A DNA stretch of 35,236 nucleotides, taken from the NCBI GenBank assembly GCA_050698875.1, contig JBOHCP010000001.1, forward strand, positions 1 to 35,236, written 5' to 3'. How positions within the stretch are numbered: the first letter of the stretch is position 1; every line of letters begins with the position of its first letter. This document shows positions 28,493-35,236 of this stretch, one piece after another. Both the position numbers and the translations under genes were made by a program. Source of the stretch: Streptosporangiaceae bacterium (GTDB lineage Bacteria > Actinomycetota > Actinomycetes > Streptosporangiales > Streptosporangiaceae). Below the pieces are notes generated by a model. That model was not told the origin of the DNA, did not search any database, and was given only the letters and a program-made list of their open reading frames with translations.

Positions 28493-28934
28493 GCAGCACA
28501 ACCGCACGATGCGCGGCGGCGCGCACCCGCGGTACCGGGTCGTCGCGCAGCTCAGCCACCGCCTCGAGCGCCGCTCCGATCCGGTGCTTCGCGGTCACCT
28601 TCGCGGCCATCTCCCGCACCCGCCAGTGCTCGTCGGCAAGCGCCTCGAGCACGGCCGCCTCGGCCTGGTCGGCGTACGCGTGCAGCAGTCCCCTGGCGGC
28701 CCAGACCCGCAGCCAGTACAGGTAGACCGGTTTCGGGCCGCTATCGAGGATGGTCCGGGCGCCAGGTCCGCCCAGCGCGATCACGAGTTCGTCGTCCACC
28801 TCCTGCCCGCGCAGCAGTGCGACGCAGCCGGAGACCAGCCGGGCCCGGCCGCGGCGAGCGCACTCCAGCTCGATGCTCTGCTTGGGCGTCCGCTCCCAGT
28901 ACGACCTTGCCGGCATCACTCCACGCTCGCACAT
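28473..28934 (-). CDS. HEAT-repeat-like small protein
   Basis: 153 aa; HWRVREMAAKV and DDPVPRVRAAAHRAV are HEAT-like repeats. It lies 38 nt downstream of hsaB on the same strand. Confidence 0.6.
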   Translation of the reverse strand: MCERGVMPARSYWERTPKQSIELECARRGRARLVSGCVALLRGQEVDDELVIALGGPGARTILDSGPKPVYLYWLRVWAARGLLHAYADQAEAAVLEALADEHWRVREMAAKVTAKHRIGAALEAVAELRDDPVPRVRAAAHRAVVLLTATGS

Positions 28935-28972
28935 CGCGGTGGGCCGCGCCGCCGACTAGCGGCTGCCGACGG

Positions 28973-32614
<3,642 letters not shown>

Positions 32615-32622
32615 GCCGCAGA

Positions 32623-32650
32623 CCTAGACTAGAACATGTTCTAGTCTAGG
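32623..32650. promoter_or_regulatory. 28-bp perfect palindrome containing a KstR-type operator, shared by divergent hsaA and kshA
   Basis: cctagactagaacatgttctagtctagg; every one of the 14 pairs was checked by hand. The core tagaacatgttcta lies at 32630-32643. TAnnnT hexamers (tagtct / tagact) sit in both arms. Confidence 0.85.
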
Positions 32651-32679
32651 GGTAGCTGACTGTTACCGCGGGAGGGCGC

Positions 32680-33849
32680 ATGAACGGCCGGAGCGGAGTC
32701 CGCAGCATCGACGTCGGCGCGCCCCCGACCAGGTTCGCCCGCGGCTGGCACTGCCTGGGCCTGGCCGCGCCGCTGCGGGACGGCAGCCCGCACGCGGTCG
32801 AGGCGTTCGGCACCAAGCTTGTCGTGTACGCCGACTCGGCCGGCGAGTTGCACGCGCTGGACGGGTACTGCCGGCACATGGGCGGCGATCTCAGCCGCGG
32901 CAGCATCAAGGGTGACACGATCGCGTGCCCGTTCCACGACTGGCGATGGGGGGCCGACGGCAAGTGCGCCGGGATCCCGTACTCGCGTCGCGTGCCGCCG
33001 ACGGCGCGGACCCGGTCGTGGCTGACCCTGGAGCGCAACCAGCAGCTGTTCGTCTGGAACGACGCGGAGGGCAAGCCGCCACCGGAGGATGTCACGATCC
33101 CGCGGATCGACGGTGCCTACTCCAAGGAGTGGTCGAACTGGACCTGGGATTCGCTGCCGGTCGATGCGAACTGCCGCGAAGTGGTCGACAACGTCGTCGA
33201 CATGGCGCACTTCTTCTATATCCATTTCGCGTTCCCGACCTCCTTCCGGAACGTCCTCGAGGGGCACATCGCCGCGCAGTACCTGCGCACCCGGTCGCGC
33301 CCGGACTACGAGGCGGAGTCGGGACGACCCGGAACCGGGAGCACCGAGATCGGGCTGGTTTCTGAGGCCGCCTACTACGGCCCGTCGTACATGATCGACT
33401 ACCTGAGCTACGACTACCACGGCGTGCCAATGGACGCGGTGCTCATCAACTGCCACTACCCCGTGACTCCGGAGCGGTTCGTGCTGCAGTGGGGCGTGAT
33501 CGTCAAGAAGCTGCCTGGCCTGTCCGACGAGCAGGCGGACAAGGTGGCGGCGAAGTTCGCGAGGTTCGTCGGATTGGGCTTCCAGCAGGACGTGGAGATC
33601 TGGACTCACAAGACCCGGATCGACAACCCGCTGCTGTGCGCTGACGACGGCCCGGTGTACCAGCTGCGCCGCTGGTACGAGCAGTTCTACCTCGACGTCC
33701 AGGACGTCCAGGCGGACATGGTTGCCCGCCACGAGTTCGAGGTCGATACCGCTCGCGCGGTCGAGGCCTGGGAAGCCGAGGTCGCGGCGAACCTGGCCGC
33801 CCGCCAGCCGGCCGTCACCGACGCCGGGGCGGGAGCCGGCTCGGCATGA
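32680..33849 (+). CDS. kshA: 3-ketosteroid 9-alpha-hydroxylase, Rieske oxygenase component
   Basis: Rieske motif CRHMGGDLS...CPFHDWRW. Mononuclear-iron motif DNVVDMAHFFYIH. The RBS gggaggg lies upstream. Confidence 0.92.
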   Translation: MNGRSGVRSIDVGAPPTRFARGWHCLGLAAPLRDGSPHAVEAFGTKLVVYADSAGELHALDGYCRHMGGDLSRGSIKGDTIACPFHDWRWGADGKCAGIPYSRRVPPTARTRSWLTLERNQQLFVWNDAEGKPPPEDVTIPRIDGAYSKEWSNWTWDSLPVDANCREVVDNVVDMAHFFYIHFAFPTSFRNVLEGHIAAQYLRTRSRPDYEAESGRPGTGSTEIGLVSEAAYYGPSYMIDYLSYDYHGVPMDAVLINCHYPVTPERFVLQWGVIVKKLPGLSDEQADKVAAKFARFVGLGFQQDVEIWTHKTRIDNPLLCADDGPVYQLRRWYEQFYLDVQDVQADMVARHEFEVDTARAVEAWEAEVAANLAARQPAVTDAGAGAGSA

Positions 33850-34139
33850 CCGACGCCAGCCGGGCGGCGCTGGCCGACGGGGCGGCGCGGCCAGACGAGC
33901 GCCGGTTCAGGTACTGCGCTGTGCCGTGCGCCGAGTGCGGCGCGGTCGTGCGGGCGGCGAAGTTCAGCGGGCAGCACACCAGCGTGCAGTGGGACGTCGC
34001 GGCCGTGCGCCGGTGCGCCGAGTTCGCCCGGCGGGCCGCCGCGGGCGAGCAGACGCCGCTGATCGAGCGGTGCGACGCGATGCGGGCCAGCATCGAGAAC
34101 GCGGTCCGCGAGGGCCGGCTGCCGGTAGCGCCGCCGTGA
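33846..34139 (+). CDS. small conserved-looking hypothetical protein with 5 Cys (C-x3-C-x2-C ... C ... C)
   Basis: 97 codons. The ATG overlaps the kshA stop (ATGA), and its own stop overlaps the kshB GTG (GTGA). Third codon positions are almost entirely G/C. I recognised no domain. Confidence 0.7.
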   Translation: MTDASRAALADGAARPDERRFRYCAVPCAECGAVVRAAKFSGQHTSVQWDVAAVRRCAEFARRAAAGEQTPLIERCDAMRASIENAVREGRLPVAPP

Positions 34140-35173
34140 CCGGCACCGGTGACCGCGATTTCTACCGGCTCCGCGTCGCGGCCGTGGTCGCAGAGACCGA
34201 CGAGGCGCGCTCGCTGGTGTTCCACGTACCGCCCGCGCTGGCGACCGTGTTCGACTATCAGCCCGGTCAGTTCCTGACGCTGCGAATTCCGAGCGACCGC
34301 GACGGCTCGGTGGCGCGGTGTTATTCGCTGTGCAGCTCACCGCTGACCGGCGACCCGCTGACGGTGACCGTCAAGCAGACGGCCGCCGGGTACGCGTCGC
34401 GCTGGATCGCGGCCAACGTGGTGCCCGGTACCGAGCTGGGCGTGCTCCCGCCCGCCGGCCAGTTCGTGCCGCGGTCGCTCGACGACGACATCCTGCTGCT
34501 GGCGGCCGGCAGCGGCATCACCCCGGCCATGTCGATCCTCAAGTCGGTGCTGGCCGCGGGTACCGGCCGGGTCGTGCTGGTGTACGCAAACCGGGACGAG
34601 CGATCGGTGATCTTCGGCTCGGCGCTGCGTGAGCTTGGCCGCTCCGCCGGGACCCGGCTGCTCGTCGTGCACTGGCTCGATGTGCTGCAGGGCCTGCCCG
34701 CCGGACCGCTGCTGGCGCCGCTGATCCGGCCGTACGGCACTTACCAGATCTTCGCCAGCGGACCGGATCCGTTCCTGTCGGCGGTCAGGGAAGCCGCGCA
34801 CGCGATCGGTGTCACGCCGCGCGCGGTCCGGGTGGAGAGGTTCCTGTCCCTGCAGCACAACCCGTTCGACGCGGCGGCCGCGCCAGGACTGACCGGCGTG
34901 GCGGCGACGCTCAGCGTCACGCTCGACGGCGAGACGCGCTCGCTGGGCTGGCAGGCAGGCGTCCGGATGCTTGACCTGCTGATGGACGCCGGCCTCGATC
35001 CGCCGTACTCCTGCCGGGAGGGCATCTGCGGCGCCTGCGCCTGCCAGCTGACCGGCGGAAAGGTGGAGATGGCCAATAATGAGGTGCTCGACGAGGCCGA
35101 CCTCGCCGACGGATACATCCTGGCCTGCCAGTCGGTCGCCCTCACGCCCGAAGTCAGCGTGACGTACGAGTGA
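34136..35173 (+). CDS. kshB: 3-ketosteroid 9-alpha-hydroxylase, ferredoxin reductase component
   Basis: FNR-like motifs RCYSLCS and LLLAAGSGITP, plus a C-terminal plant-type 2Fe-2S motif CREGICGACAC...LACQS. I chose the GTG at 34136. The track ORF start at 33722 runs through kshA and the small ORF and gives Arg-rich nonsense. Confidence 0.9.
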   Translation: MTGTGDRDFYRLRVAAVVAETDEARSLVFHVPPALATVFDYQPGQFLTLRIPSDRDGSVARCYSLCSSPLTGDPLTVTVKQTAAGYASRWIAANVVPGTELGVLPPAGQFVPRSLDDDILLLAAGSGITPAMSILKSVLAAGTGRVVLVYANRDERSVIFGSALRELGRSAGTRLLVVHWLDVLQGLPAGPLLAPLIRPYGTYQIFASGPDPFLSAVREAAHAIGVTPRAVRVERFLSLQHNPFDAAAAPGLTGVAATLSVTLDGETRSLGWQAGVRMLDLLMDAGLDPPYSCREGICGACACQLTGGKVEMANNEVLDEADLADGYILACQSVALTPEVSVTYE

Positions 35174-35236
35174 CTCCCGAGAGCTACGTGCGGCTCATGG
35201 CCGATGACCTGGCTGGCGCCCGGCCGGCCGGGCGGC
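35170..35236 (+). CDS. possible start of a further coupled gene (partial, unknown function)
   Basis: The GTG at 35170 overlaps the kshB stop (GTGA). VTPESYVRLMADDLAGARPAGR is open to the window end. It is too short to classify. Confidence 0.3.
   Translation, partial: MTPESYVRLMADDLAGARPAGR

Noticed and set aside
33722-34135. The 5' extension of the kshB track ORF, giving 483 aa from 33722
   Set aside because: The extension overlaps the kshA 3' end and the small ORF, and it translates to Arg/Pro/Ala-rich nonsense. KshB similarity begins at the GTG at 34136, which is coupled to the preceding stop.

Overview
This is very GC-rich, actinobacterial-type chromosomal DNA. Third codon positions are almost uniformly G/C, and many adjacent genes share 4-nt ATGA/GTGA start-stop overlaps. 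All family calls rest on motif recognition and recalled similarity to Mycobacterium/Rhodococcus proteins; I could not run any search.

The window falls into three blocks.

1. 1-9.3 kb:
- a partial amidohydrolase
- a three-subunit molybdenum hydroxylase of the form-II CoxL type (AYRGAGR motif)
- a strong hairpin terminator
- an NDMA-type Zn alcohol dehydrogenase
- a translationally coupled pair: a GT2 polyprenyl-phosphate glycosyltransferase and a large polytopic GT-C-like membrane protein

2. 9.3-12.7 kb, a patchy, decayed zone:
- tail-to-tail remnants of an SDR gene and a phosphotransferase gene
- about 0.7 kb that I cannot assign, containing a 21-bp tandem repeat
- an orphan A24 prepilin peptidase
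- MmcQ/YjbR-family and DinB-family genes

3. 12.7 kb to the right edge, a cholesterol/steroid catabolic cluster carrying five KstR-type operators (TnnAACnnGTTnnA):
- an IpdC/Rv3553-like reductase, fadD19 and echA19
- an Rv3521-like tandem-DUF35 protein, ltp4 and ltp3
- cyp125 and fadA5
- hsaA-hsaD-hsaC-hsaB
- kshA, a small 5-Cys ORF, and kshB

The steroid cluster is interrupted at 22.9-28.95 kb by non-steroid genes: a VOC protein, a DHA2 MFS pump with a MerR regulator, a small membrane protein, a P-loop kinase, a multiply disrupted sensor-like membrane pseudogene, and a HEAT-repeat protein.

I recognised no rRNA, tRNA, CRISPR array, transposase or integrase.

The items most worth follow-up:
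- the uncharacterised 5-Cys ORF translationally wedged between kshA and kshB
- a ~35-nt G-run/C-run element present three times inside coding termini, in different reading frames
- the KstR-boxed tandem-DUF35/Ltp4/Ltp3 module
- the 28-bp perfect palindromic operator shared by hsaA and kshA

I found no clear-cut new multi-gene system such as a defence island.
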